Part shown: positions 13,421 to 26,690 of the stretch, in pieces
How the letters are laid out: each line of letters starts with the position of its first letter
Numbering within the stretch: the stretch's first letter is position 1
From: Raillietiella orientalis
Lineage: Eukaryota
Assembly: GCA_036172245.1 (NCBI GenBank)
Contig: JAYWIR010000010.1
Span: forward strand, 1,054,001-1,118,000
Reading direction: 5' to 3'
Length of the DNA stretch: 64,000 nt
Program-made: the position numbers and the translations under genes
Notes under the pieces: model-generated
What the model saw: the letters and a program-made list of their open reading frames with translations, nothing else
Database searches by the model: none
What the model was told of the DNA's origin: nothing

Positions 13421-14599
13421 TGAGGAGTGTCCATACACCCCCGGGTGACGTGGACGGTGTTCGATAGCTTCATGACCCCTCCTAAGGAGGCGAACGGCTC
13501 TCGGTCCAGCGAGCAAGACCGACGCGGAACGCGGGTCCTTCCCCAGCGTGAAGTGACCACAATGTTCCGTGCGTGCGTTTCCTCCTTCCAGAGGGCTGGC
13601 AGGTCTCCGCGGTCCAGAGCGGTTGCCAGGGCTGGGCTGCGTTGGCGCGCTCAGGACGGGCGCGAATATGCTGTCAGGTGGCGCGCGGAAATCTCTTTGC
13701 ATCTTCTCATCGTCGGTAGCGAACACTCCGCTGGCTGCTACCGTCATTAGGTCATCAACAAGTGGTGACCCCGTGGAAAATCGAAGTCTGATTCAAGAGC
13801 AGGAGAAAAAAAAAATGTGATGGAATAAAAAAGAGCAGATGAATGCGAAACGGGGCAGCAAGTCGTTTCCGATTGCAAAGGGAGGGGCATCAACCTACCA
13901 CTTCGTGTGAGTTGCGTCACTGACGTCAGCATGCCTCTGGGCCGGTGGCTGGCACGCACTCTGAACGCCACTGTCGTTTCTGCCGTCCCTGCCTGCGTCG
14001 ATCGCCACCTTCGGCCGGCGAGCGCTCTTTTCCATCCGGCGGCTTGCACTGCGTACGGAATGTCTTCTCCGCCGTCTCCCTTGCTGCCAGACTTTTCGGT
14101 CCCGGAACTCTGGGATCTCTTAGCCGGAGTTCAAGTCGCCTGCGGTATCAGAAGCCGCGGAGGGAGGGCGTAACCATGTCGACGGAAGTGTGATCGGCCA
14201 CGGCGTGGAATTCCTCCGCGTCCTCGTTGAGGATGGTATTAGGAAACCTTCTACAGCACCGGGTTATTACCCGGTGCAGATCCCTCCCTGGAAAAAAAAA
14301 AAAAAAAAACACGCCACGATCCGTGCGAAGCACTTGAGTGTGAAAGATTGCTGGAATAATCGGGAAGGATAGGGGAAGCCAGACGTCTGCCTGAAGACTC
14401 CTTTTTTTGTTCTTCTTCTTTTTACTCTTCTCTGGTGAATTCCTAATCCCTCCCAATAAATCAATTTTTTAGGAGGGATTCCACTTGAAAAATTTACGAA
14501 GGTGGAAAAGAAAAAAAGGAAAAACTTGCAGAGGTTTCATCTCCGAGAAGTTTCGGCAGCTGGGCGTCCGTGCCGGAGCGTCTCAAAGTCGAGTTGGCT

Positions 14600-15400
14600 G
14601 CTGAAAAGTGAAAATTCATTTTCGAGTTGCTTCGGGCACACTCTGGACGCCGCGATCATCCGACCTGCGCCTTGCTCCTCGCAGGAAAGAGCTTTCATCC
14701 CGGATAATTGGGTCCGCTGTGCTGTGAACCCGGATTCGAAACCAATTTGATTACTCGCTCTGTCGGGAATCCCCGATGACGAAAACAAATGCCCTCGCCG
14801 CTGCAGGAATGGGGGTCGGGGGAAGCCGAGAAACCATCTCCGTGGCTCAAGATGACTTCTCTGACGTTCCCTGATGGAAGTCTCTTGACACGGTGCTTGC
14901 CATTCGCATGATTTACGACGCCAGGGAGCGCACGATGCCGAGCGAACCAGGAGCGGGAAAGGGCTCTTTCCCTTTGTCTTTCTGGAGGCCAGAATGGGCA
15001 GCAGCTCCGTGATGAACCGGCGAAACGCAGGACGCGCACCCGCGCAGCGGAAGAGCATCGCGAGGCTCGCTGCAGCCCTCAGCGGACTTCCGGCTCCGCT
15101 TTCCGAATCCAGCAGTCGGATCACGGAAAGAAGTGTTCCCCGAAAGGAACTCCCACTCTTCCTTTCGATGGCGTCCGAGCCTTGCGACACTTTCAGCATG
15201 GATCCGACGACTCTCGCAGGTATTCATGACGTCGATTCTCTCGAGTACCCCAAGCGAACCAATACCTTCCTTGTTTAGGGTGGAAGCAATGATTCCTCAA
15301 GTGTTCGAAACACGGAGAGGGTACTCTTTTTTTCATCCCGGAAATCTGCTCCCGGATGCTCTCTTCCGTTACATGAAGATACGCATCTTTCCACTGCGTC
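14600..15400 (-). mobile_element. Decayed LINE (RTE-like) RT relic
   Basis: VTEESIREQISGMKKRVPSP (cf. ITxEEVxxAIxxMKxxKAPG), IERKSG...VIRLL (cf. PIxKxKG...YRxIxLL), HRVKRLPSGNV (cf. AFDRVPRxxL) in order; weak identity. Confidence 0.3.
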
Positions 15401-15516
15401 TGGAGGTTCGTCGGCTCCAATGTGGGGGGCAGATGATTTCGATCTTCTGCATTAGTTATTAACCACATCTTTTACGAGTATCAGGAAGAGTTCCTCTGCT
15501 CTGTTCTCCCGCATCC

Positions 15517-15519
<3 letters not shown>

Positions 15520-15580
<61 letters not shown>
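15520..15580. repeat. (CT)n microsatellite
   Basis: About 30 perfect CT units. Confidence 0.98.
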
Positions 15581-15583
<3 letters not shown>

Positions 15584-17474
15584 GCAGATTTATGAGCCCA
15601 AAGGGCCTCCAAATTCCTGGCGCTGCCCACAGTTCTTTCCTCCTCGAAAGCAGAGTTTCCCAAACCGTGTTCCGCGGAACGTCAACAAATGTTGCGTGAA
15701 AAGTCATGAAAGTTAATGTATTTTAAATGCTGTGAAGTTCATTTCACTATTTTCATGTGTTTTGCTTCACGTCATTCAAATTTGAGAGTAACTTTTTTTT
15801 TTTGTTTAGCTTTCATAACGCGAATATTTACTTTGCTGAATTTATTTATCATTAACATCTACCTGCCTACCCTATGAGAGAACCGAAGGATTCCCTCAAA
15901 ATTTCGAGATTTGTGAAGTGTTCCGTCATGGGAAAACGTGGGGAACCGCTGCTCTAAAGGATGACTGCTCCAGCTCGCTTCCGATTGCGGACCACTTAGG
16001 TGGGTCTGATGTCTGCAGAGGGCTTGGGGGACTGAAAGGGGAACGAAAGCAAAACGCCCCCGATTCTTTCGATTCCTGGAGGCCGTGCCTGGAAAACGTT
16101 CCTCCTCCAGAAAACTCCAGGATCGCGATTTTTTTTTCGAAATGGAGTTCCGTTTCGGGAGACGGGGAAATTCTGGCACCGTGAGGGGGAAGTGAAAGCT
16201 ACGGTCCCCGTGAGCACTTCTTCAAACAGAATTTTATTCTCTGCAGGCGGTCTTCGCAAAGAGCGAGAGCAGCAGCCGTCAGTTATTTGGTGAGGTCGCC
16301 ATCAAAAATCCACACAAATCTTCCACCCATTTCCCTATTTGCTTTGAAGTCGTTTCCTTGGCCTCTTCTTCTGCTAATACTTTGTGCTGACTGGATGCCA
16401 TTGAAATCAAGAGGCCGTTCGGATGATCTCTTTGTAGATCATCGTGGGTGGAAGGAACGTCAGTAAAAGGATTTTACTGATCCCCACCCGTAAGAAAGAC
16501 AGCCGCCGAACGGGGTTCCTTCCCGTGTTGTTCTTCGTCTGAGGTCAGGTTCAACAGAGGTTAAGAATTCGCCCACGCCTGTCCGATTCGCTCGAAGGTG
16601 CTTCGAATCCCCAGCTGCCCCTGCTTGCACCCCACGGCCCCGAGTCGACGACCGTTTTCGACCGTCGAGGAGTGCATTGACGACCCATTTTTGTCCTTCC
16701 TGGAGAAGCGGCGTGCAACCCGCCCGGGGCGCCAAATCGGTGGACTTGTCTTTCGGTGGAGAGATTGTCTTCGGCAGAAACAGGAATCGTTCCTCCTTCA
16801 AATGCAACTGAACACCTAAGTGTTCGGAGTACCCGGATCATTTTTTTTTTTTTCCTTTCTACTGGATGTGTGACGAGCCTTTTCTGCACCTCTTCCACTT
16901 TTGAAGACACACCAAAAAGCAATGCATCAAGTCGTTTCTTTTAGCGCGCATGACTTTTTTTTTTTTTTTCTCAACAGGAGCATCATGTGGCTTAAAAAAT
17001 CATCTTCACGGACGTGCAGCTTCCTTTACGACCGGAATCGTTCCGAGCTCTTCGGAAATTTCATTCAGCAATGCAGCTCAGTAGTGCGACATCCAAACGT
17101 GACTTACAGAAATGCTTTTCTTTCCTTCTTTTTTTTTTTTTTTTTTTTCTTTCTTTCTTTTCGAGCGTGGTGTACTCAGCAGTGTGCACACATTAGACGC
17201 TCGTCAGATGAAAGGCGTTTAAAAGGTGGGAGTTGCGAGAATAGAAACGCCAGGTCAACGGAAATCGTACAGGCAAAATTTTAGAGTGGTGTTTCTGCCT
17301 GCCAGTTTGATGTAGCGCCCCTTGCTGTTATCTGTGTTACCAGGGAAACGGTCTCTTTCAGGAGCTCTGCTTTTCCCCGTTTCCTTCCCTAATCCCCTCC
17401 CCGGTTACGCAGCGTCAAGCAGTGCGGTAGAAGATATGCAGAAACCACGCTGACCTCCATGGGGATGCAATTAA

Positions 17475-17992
17475 CCCTTTGAGTGCTATGGACGCACATA
17501 TGCGTCTCACGAGAATTATCGGCGTGGACTATGGGCTCACATATGCGTCTGGGAAATGTTTTTACCTGGCGACACAAGTTAACATTATCCATGTTTGAGA
17601 TGGACACATACACTTACGTGCTCACAGTTCCCTTAGCAACGACGGCAAGCAAAATTCTACGTATGTCGGCTAAGCATTCTCGTTTTTCCTCGGTGCCGTA
17701 TAGAATTTGTTGTTTTCATCTCTGTGATCTCTTAGAAATGAATTATTGATTTATTCGGATCATAATTGTAATTTTTAAATAAGTAATATCTGTTTGGGAA
17801 AAATGAGGATATTCTATTTAATGTATTGTAAATAAACAATTACAATAGTGACTTTGATCAGCTCTTTATGTAGTCAGTCGGCATCTCGATCGAGCACGTG
17901 GTACGCGAAAAAGCGTTCCGTCCACGAGGATCTCCACTTGCGACTCGCGTGCCACGGAACGTTAAAATATGATGAGCTCCTCACCCAAAGGG
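17475..17992. mobile_element. Non-autonomous piggyBac-type element (518 bp) with TTAA target duplication
   Basis: TTAA|CCCTTTGAGTG at 17471-17485 and CACCCAAAGGG|TTAA at 17982-17996 (1 mismatch in 11); subterminal direct repeat CACATATGCGTCT twice near the left end; AT-rich interior. Confidence 0.85.
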
Positions 17993-20900
17993 TTAAACTG
18001 TCGGTCCTCGTGGACACTGCACATTCGAGCCGCTCGCACACCTATCCGTGTTCCATCTGTCCCACGACGCCTCTCCGAGAGTGGGCCGTGATTTCTACAG
18101 GTCCATCTTAGAGGATTCCACCTTTTTGCTGCGCAGCTCACTCTTTTGCTCGAGCGCGTGGTCTTCGTGCTCGCGAAAGCAGCCCGCGGCCACTTGTCAG
18201 TACCGACTGCCCCAAGAGTCATCTTCCATTTGTCATGCGGGGGTGCACTCGGACTTTCGAAATTCCCGACCCTCATCCCAAAGTAAATGTGGATGCTGAG
18301 ATGCTGTTCTGTGGTGAACTTTCGGATGACGCGGGCTCGCACAACGCGAAGGCGGCGGTCCTCGAACGGCGCCGTGGACAAAAAGTCCACTTTTGCAGGG
18401 CGGTGTCCAGATCGATTTTTGAAAGCAACACCAACAAGTGACCTGGCTGGGTTGAATGCTGATTGATTGGGGTTGTCGCGGATAAAATGAAACAAGGAAG
18501 TACAGCTACCAAGAAAGAAAATGATAGAGTTGAAATGATGGAATTGTAAAAAGCGATTCATCCTCAATGAAGCTCTAAAAAAACGTTTAAGCAGCCTTTT
18601 TTTTTTTCTTTTTTTTATCTCATGCTCAATGGTAAACACGCACTTTTAATTCCTTTTTTTTTTTTTAGATTTTAGAGTCGAATCATATTCTACTGTCATA
18701 GCATTTAGGATGGATTTTATGTGTTCATAAATGCTGCAATGTTACCCATACGTAACGCTCGTATAACGCGGGTTCGTGTAAGGCGGATTGCATTCTCCGC
18801 GCTGTACGGGACCCTACCGTAACGGGGCATCTTGCACGAGTTTCGGTCGGAACAGAAGGATTTCCGTACAACGCCGTCCGTACATTTCCGAGCTCGTAGA
18901 GTTCTGTTCTGCTGCTGCTGCAAGCTGAATTTCTCCCACGGCGCCAAAAAAGAGAGGGGGGGGGGGACAAACTCAGGGCAACCGGCGAGTTCCAGCCTTG
19001 CTGGACCTATGGATTTCCTGAGGGGATCGGAATTCGAGCGGATACGAGTTGCTCCCTGCACCTCCTGGAATTCCTTCCTTGAAGTGACCTTGCCGTGGTG
19101 GCGACGATTTATGTGATCCGGAATTTTCGGGAAGACGTCGCGCTCTCCCTTCCTTCGAGTCGATGGGAGGTTTGCAAAGAGCACTCCGGACTACGGACCC
19201 TCCTCCCCCTATCGCCGCGGCGCCCTGATTAGAAATGGCAACCCGAACTGCCGGCAACCTGCCCAGAGCGGGAGCTTCGAGAAGAGGGCCTGCTCTTGGA
19301 CATCCATACGGGCCGCGCAGTCCCGAATCGACGCGAACGGGACGCCATCGTTCGAGACGGTGCCTTGCCGAGAGCGAGCGCTTCAAGAGAATCTCGCAGG
19401 CTTTTCAGTCCTCCACGGGGGAGTCCCACAGGCGAGAAGATCCTCAGGATCTCTGCAGCCTCCGGAGCCGTGTAGCCAGGCGGTTTCCTCACTCGGGCAG
19501 TAGACTATGCGAGAACCACGGAGGCAGAAGGGCCACAAGGAGCGGAGGAGGAGTCTCGGGGTCTCCTTCAGACCAGGATCGGCGGAGCCCCATCAGCACC
19601 CAACGGAAAAAGAGGAACGGACCGATCTGGGCGCTGCTCTGAAAACGGCAGCGCCAGCAATCTTTTTGCACTGTGACCGGTCGAAAGGCGCCCGTTCGGC
19701 TTTCCCGCCAGCCTATTCCTCATCCCACCTTTCCGGAAAACAACCCGTCCGCGCGCGCAGAGGGGCCACGCTGAACACCGAGAACGCAAACCGGAAACGG
19801 GAAGCCGGAAATGCAGTCGAAGGACAGGAGGGGAGGGGACGAGATGACCGTCGTGAGCCTCGCGATCTCGGCCAGAAGCCGGTCGATCGCCGTCAGAGGG
19901 ACACTGCATCGGCACCTGAATACACGGCTCGAGAGGTCGCGCGGTGGCTCCAGCTTCATGCATCCTCATGCCTCTTCGGGGAGGTGCGCCCGGCTCGCAA
20001 ACGGCCACCACCCGATAGACTCTCCGCGCGCCTGCGCCGGCGGGCCGACCATTCCACTCGCTCCCTGCGCCTTCCGTTGCCGCCGCCAGGAGCTCCCGAA
20101 AGCTCGCAACGACGACGATGAGTCGGTCGATCTACCTGCTGCAGGAGCGCCCAGTTCCAGAAGGCGCAGGGAGGCGGCGGCTGTTCCTCGACTCCTGACG
20201 CACAGTGGGCGCAGTCCGCTGGCGACCGAGCGGGCTGCGCGCGCTCGCTCGACGCCCTCGTTCCTTCTGCTGCCAGCTGGGCATCCCAGTCGACCGTCGG
20301 ACTTGGCTTGCTCTTCCCTTCTGGAGCGGGGATCCTCTCCGCGGGCAGTGCAGAACGAACCCTCTACCTGCACGCCCTTAGCTTCAGAGGCTGGCTGCAT
20401 CCCCCTTCTCGAGGGGGGACGCGTGTGGTCTCACTGCTTTCGGCTCTCTTCCGGCAGTTCCGCGTGCTCTCCCTGCCAACGGTGGCTCCGGTCCCGGATC
20501 GGAAACCTCTCACCGGTTCTCTCCCGCGGGACGTCTCGGAGCCTCGTTGCGTGCTGCTGCTACCTCGCCTCTTCGTTCCCTTCAGAGAGGGCAGCAGAGC
20601 CGCGGTTTTTCGCCGATGCCGATTGACGAGCGTGGCCGGACGTGGTTTCTACCGCCGCCATGCGACACCTCTCAGGATCAAGCCTGCTACTGCTCTCTCG
20701 CTGGCTCATTATCTCCACCTCGCCGTTTTATCTCTTCCGACGGCGCCTGCGTTGCTTTGGTAGCGCACACCGACTTCCTTCCCCTTCTTTTTTTTTCGTG
20801 CTCGCTACTCGGCATGGTCCGTGCACGTTTCTGCTTCTTCCCCCTTTCTCCGGAGACGGGGGTCTGGCGAACGTGTCCTCCGGGACGCACATCCTTCATG

Positions 20901-22259
20901 TGGCCTTCAACTGCAGCCCGGAAGCTGTGACCTTGGATCTCGGGACACCTCCTCTCCAGGACTACGACGCTCCCTATTGGCTCCCCTCGGAAGCCTGCGT
21001 CGACCTGTATTCTGAAGGGAAGAAGCTGCTCCCTTCTGCGCTGCAGGCTGGCCACGGAAGAGCCCTTCCAGTCCGGGAAACGCGCTGGGCTTGGGCCAAA
21101 GCGCGTGCGCCGTCGCGAGTCCGGGTAGCTGACGGAGGACTTCTCTCCCGCCCCTCAGAAATCTGCATGCTGTCAGGTGGACCGTCACCGAGAGGTCCAC
21201 CTAACCGATGGGTCTTTTCAGCGGCCCCGAGCAAGGACCCGCCCTGGCCCCTGCTGATCACAGAGAGATCTTCTGGCTCTTCCTTTTTGCACGTTGAGGT
21301 TGAGTGGCGGCCTCCCAAAAAAGATGGCGCCACAGGAGCCTCGTAAGGTCTGCCGGTACCCTTGACCCGCGCGGACGTCGCCCACTCCGATTCCTCTTGC
21401 CAGAGCGGACCGCCGCCGAGGAAGCTCGAGTGGCTCCGCCCTTCCCTAATCCCCCCTCACCCCCTGCTTTCCGCTTCCTCCTCCAAAGATGGGAAAAGCG
21501 CCGACTTTTCTGGGCGAAGTCCCGTGGGGCTCAGGAAGGTCCTGCATCGGACTCGAAGAGTCGGTGGCTCCGCATCGGGCCGACGGGCGTGGCCTTGTGA
21601 CGTCGGAGGGGTCCCTGTCCCAGGGACGCCGCTCCAGGGTTCGGCGCGCTTGCGGAGGCATCCCAGGGCATCTGTTGCTCGCGTGGGTGGTCCGCCACGA
21701 GGAGTCAACAGCTCTGCCCTTTCGTTCGGCCCTCTTTCTCTTTTCGTTCTTTACGAGGACCCCTCCGCTTGGTCATCCGAGAGAAGGGACGCCCCTAGAT
21801 CTCCAGCCTGCAAGTCTTCACGGGCCAAAGTGTCTGTGTGCCCTCGGGAAAAAAAGTCCACACGAACCCTGCTCGGAGAGTTTCCACACGCCCGCGGACC
21901 ACGGGCCGTCCACCTGGAAAGGGGTGGTCGGACACCCGAGGAATGGGGAATCCGGTAGACAGCCTCACCCTCTGCTTGCTAGGGCGCTCGCGCTCATGAG
22001 GGAGGGCGGCGACCTCAGCCAATCTCCCAGACGAGAGTCAGTCTGGGAGATCGCAGACTCCAGACGGCCTTCCGGTGGACCTCCATCCTGTCGACTCCAG
22101 GTGCCCTCCCTGGAGGACGTCCTCGCTGTGACGGACTTTATTCTGGAGGTTTCCCTGGAAGGTGTGGTGCTGCTTCCGGTGTCCGCAAACAGAACCAGCC
22201 TAACCCAGGGGAGCAGGGGTGCTCTGGGCCCTTCCGTGCCAGGGCAGGGCCAAAGTTAG

Positions 22260-24730
22260 ATATAAATTCATATGTGGATTCATGCGTAGATTAATGATAC
22301 ATATTATAAAGATCATAAAAAATGAATTCATTTGCTCATTTTTTAAATTGATGTGCACATTTATATATTGATACGCGCATTTATTTTAGCATACATATTT
22401 ATTGATATTTATTAACATATGTATCATCAATGGTAATATCATTTTAACATATATATGACTGATTATATTTAGCATCTATTAACACGCATATTATTAATGT
22501 AATTAGTAATAGATTTAATATGTATATTTAGAGCAATATATGTAAGTATATGTATTAAACTTATTACTCATTACATTAATAATATGTTCTGTGGAGCTCT
22601 ATCAATGATATGGTGCTGCTAATTACATTGATAAATACAGTACATCAATAATGCGTGTTGCTCGATTAATAATATACATGTTGCTCATATATTGCTCTGC
22701 AGAGCAGTATATAGATAAATATACATTATATAAATTATAAAAAATCAATACACATGTTTATTATATATATCAATAGACATATTGATATATAAATTAAGAT
22801 ATGAATTAAAATATCTTCTTGGAATTATAAAAATGAATGATACGCCTTTTATGTTTACTGATATATAGATTAATATACAAATCTATTTTAACATGCGTAT
22901 TTATTGACATAACCAATAATACGTATGAAAAAATATTATTAATATCTCTAGTAAAGATTCCAAAAAAAGAAATATGCATCTTTATCTAGTTCATTGCATA
23001 CATTGATTTATATTCATGCATATAATAAATATATATGAAATCTATGTGCGAATCCCGAACTGGAAACATGCATTTAACGATCGGTCAAAATCCCGATATC
23101 CGCCATTTTCCGAGGAAGTTCCTCTTCTTGTAGAGTGCTGGAAATCAACGGAAAACGAAATCCCGATTTTTTTTTTTTTTTGTAGAAAAATTCGTTCACT
23201 TTTTTATTTTTCTTCCACCATTCCTAGTTGTGACGGTTATTTCGTATGTCTTAAGAAAATTCGATTATTTATACAATTATTTCATGTACATTTATTTATT
23301 ATGTGCATAAATATACATCAATGTACACAACAAACTTGATAGACGTGTGTATGTTTATTTTTCAGAATCTTCACTATACATCTTACTGTGGTACCAACAG
23401 AAGGAGGGAATCTTCCCCGTCTCCCACCCTTTCTTCCTTCCTGGCCACCGCCGAAGATGTGTTACGAGGGACGCCACGAAAGTGATGCTCACTCATCAGG
23501 GCGTATGCCGGCGACGTCGTCTTCCGCTCCACACAATAGCTGCTGCTCTTCGTCGCAGCTTTGGAACGCCATCCGGAAATCGTCCAAGCCGGTGCGTCCA
23601 CCCTTTAGATGTCGCGAGTGTAGCGGATGCATGGGGCGACCATGAGCACCCTCGTTTTACCCGCACACACCCGCTGCACACCCATCTCACGAAGGACCCT
23701 TTCCGGGGTCCCAACTTCCCAAAGGTCTGATGGTGATGGCCAGAAGCTCTGCATCGACTCCTTCTTGGACCGCTGGCTGGCAGCATGTTGGCATTTGGAT
23801 GCCTTCTCGTTCCTGGAGATGCTGAAGGCTTCCCCTCCATCCCCAAAGGGGCAGGCAACCTCCAGCATCACCATCCTGCTACCCTTCTGGAATACGAGAT
23901 CGGGCCTAGGAGTTGCCTCGAGACGCGGGACGCGCTGATTCGCGGAAGCACCAGTGTCCACCTTGCAGTTCCTACCGCTGCCATTTTGATCTTGTCCACA
24001 ATCGCATCGTGCTGGACCACGTGCTGACGGGGATGCCTCGCGGCATGATTTGTCATGCGAGTCAGGTCTCGTCCCGCAGGCCACAGCGGCGACGCGGGCG
24101 TTCAGCTTCCCTCCTTCCGGCAGCTCCTCTTATGCGAAGCAGATGTCGAGTTCTCCTTTTTGTTTTCTTAATTTGCGTGCTTCACCCTTCCCTCACACAC
24201 ACACACACACTTTTTTGATCGCAAATATTTTTTATTCCTTAAAATTCGATATTAATAGGTGGCATTTGTATATTTATCTATGTAGAACGAGCCTACATGT
24301 TTATTTTTTACAATTTTTCGGGATTTTGATGTATATATATATATCATATTCATATTTTCATTCGTTATAATTCCATCCATTCATATATATATATATATAT
24401 TCACTTACATTCATATATTCATTCACATACATTCACATGTTCATTTAATATATGTACACATAGATTTATTTTTTATAATCTTTAATATATATATATATGT
24501 ATGTAATCAAAAACTCATTAATTTACTAATAAAATGTCCGCCACTGAATCTTAATAAGCATATCAGTTCAAATAATATCACTGCTAATAACGTGTACGTT
24601 AATAAATAGGAATAGCCATGCGTGTTAAAATAAGTTTGTGCATCGATCCATGTAGAATGAGCCTTTATGGCTGTTTTTCATGACCTTTCGGGATTCTGAT
24701 CGTTCGGGACTTCGCCGTTTTGGACCCTTC
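22260..24730. repeat. AT-rich degenerate repeat island with inverted motif arms (foldback-like), interrupted by a retroelement fragment
   Basis: Sharp drop to very AT-rich sequence. An aagattntaaaaaataaa-like motif is forward at ~22308 and ~22950 and reversed at ~23352, ~24298 and ~24464. AATCCCGA motifs are forward at 23050-23170 and reversed at ~24315 and 24685-24710. Confidence 0.65.
23590..24090 (-). mobile_element. 3' fragment of a restriction-like-endonuclease non-LTR retrotransposon (NeSL/Utopia-like)
   Basis: Over three frames: QHDAIVDKIKMAA (RHxxIV motif), RPDLVFQKGSRMVMLEVACPF (PD...D/E core), RNEK, GSWDP at 23719-23705, CIRYTRDI C-terminus; frameshifted. Confidence 0.75.
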
Positions 24731-26389
24731 CCTTCTCCCCAAGTCCGCCCCCAACACGTTCGTGTCTGCAGCGCTTCATCTGCGCTTTTTGCATTCGTCT
24801 CTCTCCCCGAGCCTCTCCCTCCGGCATGCGCGATGGCTGTTTCTTCTTGTTTCCCTTCGGCATCTTGACCGGAGCCAGCTCTTGTCCAGGTATTTTGCGA
24901 GCGTGAGTTCAATGAGCCTCTCTCACTGAAGAAACCGAAACCTAGGAAACCGGAATCTGCAAACCTCTCCAGCGGTGGGTGTGTTTCTTAGTTGGGCACC
25001 ACCACGCGTTTCTTTCTTCTGGACCGTCCAGCGACGTTGCACAGTCGCTGAGGAGTGTGGCGGCACCCGCTGCAGCCCGCTTTCCTCACGGAACAGATGC
25101 GGCAGGATGCTTTCAGAGAGCAGGGATGCTGGGTCACAGGTGAGGTCTCTCTCTCCGGAACCCACTGAGCTCGTCAAGTCCGCGACTGAACGGCGAGGAA
25201 AGGGAAGAGCGAAGTGAAGAGCAGGCCAAAGCTGATCGCGCGCGTTGTTCCGGGAGGAAACTGCAATCCTTGGTTGGCAAGGCGACGGACGCCTGAAATT
25301 TTTTCTTCCCATTGATTCATGACGCCTTTCATGATCGCATTCCTCGCAACCAAGCTCAGTGATTCCGTTCGCGGTTCTCCTTTTGTCATTTCGAAGGGAA
25401 GGCTCTGAGACCACCGTTCGTTCCCCCTTCCGCGCGGGCGATCTCCATCTGGGCGCATCACGTTTCCGCCGATCTCATCCGACGGTCGCCGATGGCGTCA
25501 GCCGTGCCGGGTCTGCACGCTCCGCGTAATCGCTTTCCGCGTTTCCTGAGCGTGGCCGAGAGCTTTCCCGCCTGGCCAGGGTGCTCCCTGGAACACCAAC
25601 CACAGCCACTTGCCACAGACCTTCTCGGGAAATTTCAGCTTTTCCTCGCGTGGACGCCGAAGAAGAAAGTTCGCCACCGCGGCACCGAGTGGGAGGGGCG
25701 AAGCTCCCGTCAAGGGGCCAAAGTGGCGTGTCGCGGGGAGCGCCAAGGCAAACCCGAGACCCCCTTCGAAGGAGGAACTTCGCCCTTCCCCTTCCTCCTG
25801 CGTTCGCAAAACGGGCGGCGGCTTCACTTTTCCCCCGTGTCATGCCACAGTCCGCGGTGGCTGCGGATTCCGCTCGCAGCAAATTCCTTCGCAAACAAAT
25901 CCCGTGCATCCTTTGGGACGTGCCCGAACACACGGCTATGGAGAGCTGCATTTTCGGATCTTCCCTCAGGGCTCTGTAGTGATGCACGGGTCTCGTCCCG
26001 TTTCCACTAAGAACTTGGATTCTCTGCTCCCATGCCAATGCAGCAACGCTCCCGGTTTCTTTTCTGATCCCATTTCAAGACGGACCTAGCGCACTCCGTG
26101 GCCCCACTGTCCTCGCGTTCCGGTGACGTTTGGATTGCAAGAAAGTGTCTTCCCGACTGCTCCTGGTGCTCAAAAGGGCAGACCGAGTCTCTTGTTGCAG
26201 CCACGCTCGCTTCCCGTCTTCCGCTTCGCGTTTCCGGGGTGGGGATTTCGAAAAGGCCTATCTGGCGGATTCGGTTCCAGAAGACCAAAGTCAAACGGAA
26301 GCGAACCAAGCGCTCCGGCAGCACTCGGGTTCCCTCGAAATCGCCTCCGCTCTTTGCGAAAGGAAAGGTCGAAGTCGGTCGAGCCGCCG

Positions 26390-26690
26390 TTGTTTAATAT
26401 TTGATCGCGCAGCTCCCCATTTCTGAAGTGCCCATTACTGATTGATTAAATGAGTCAGGTCTTGTTCTGCTGCATCAGAGATGAAGTTCTAATGCCATGC
26501 CTCAGCGACTCCCAATGGCGCAGCCGCCTCTAAAGGCTGCCTCCTCGATTCATGCCTTGAGATAATTAGCCATTAATGCTGACGCAATGCTGCCAGCGGA
26601 CTGCGGAAGCGGAACACTTTCCTCCGGTGTTATGCTCCTGGCGCCGCTTCCTCGTTGCATCTCAAGCTGTGAAATTAATGCTCACTCGCA
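26390..26690. promoter_or_regulatory. Candidate enhancer about 5.5 kb downstream of Tlx
   Basis: TGATTGATTAAAT (Pbx/Exd-Hox-like) overlapping TGAGTCA (AP-1), plus TAATTAG, CCATTAAT, AAATTAAT clustered in otherwise TAAT-poor GC-rich DNA. Motif evidence only. Confidence 0.4.

Noticed and set aside
18740..18905. Pogo/Tigger-like MITE remnant (cgtataacgcgg motifs)
   Set aside because: No matching terminal inverted repeats or TA target duplication identified.
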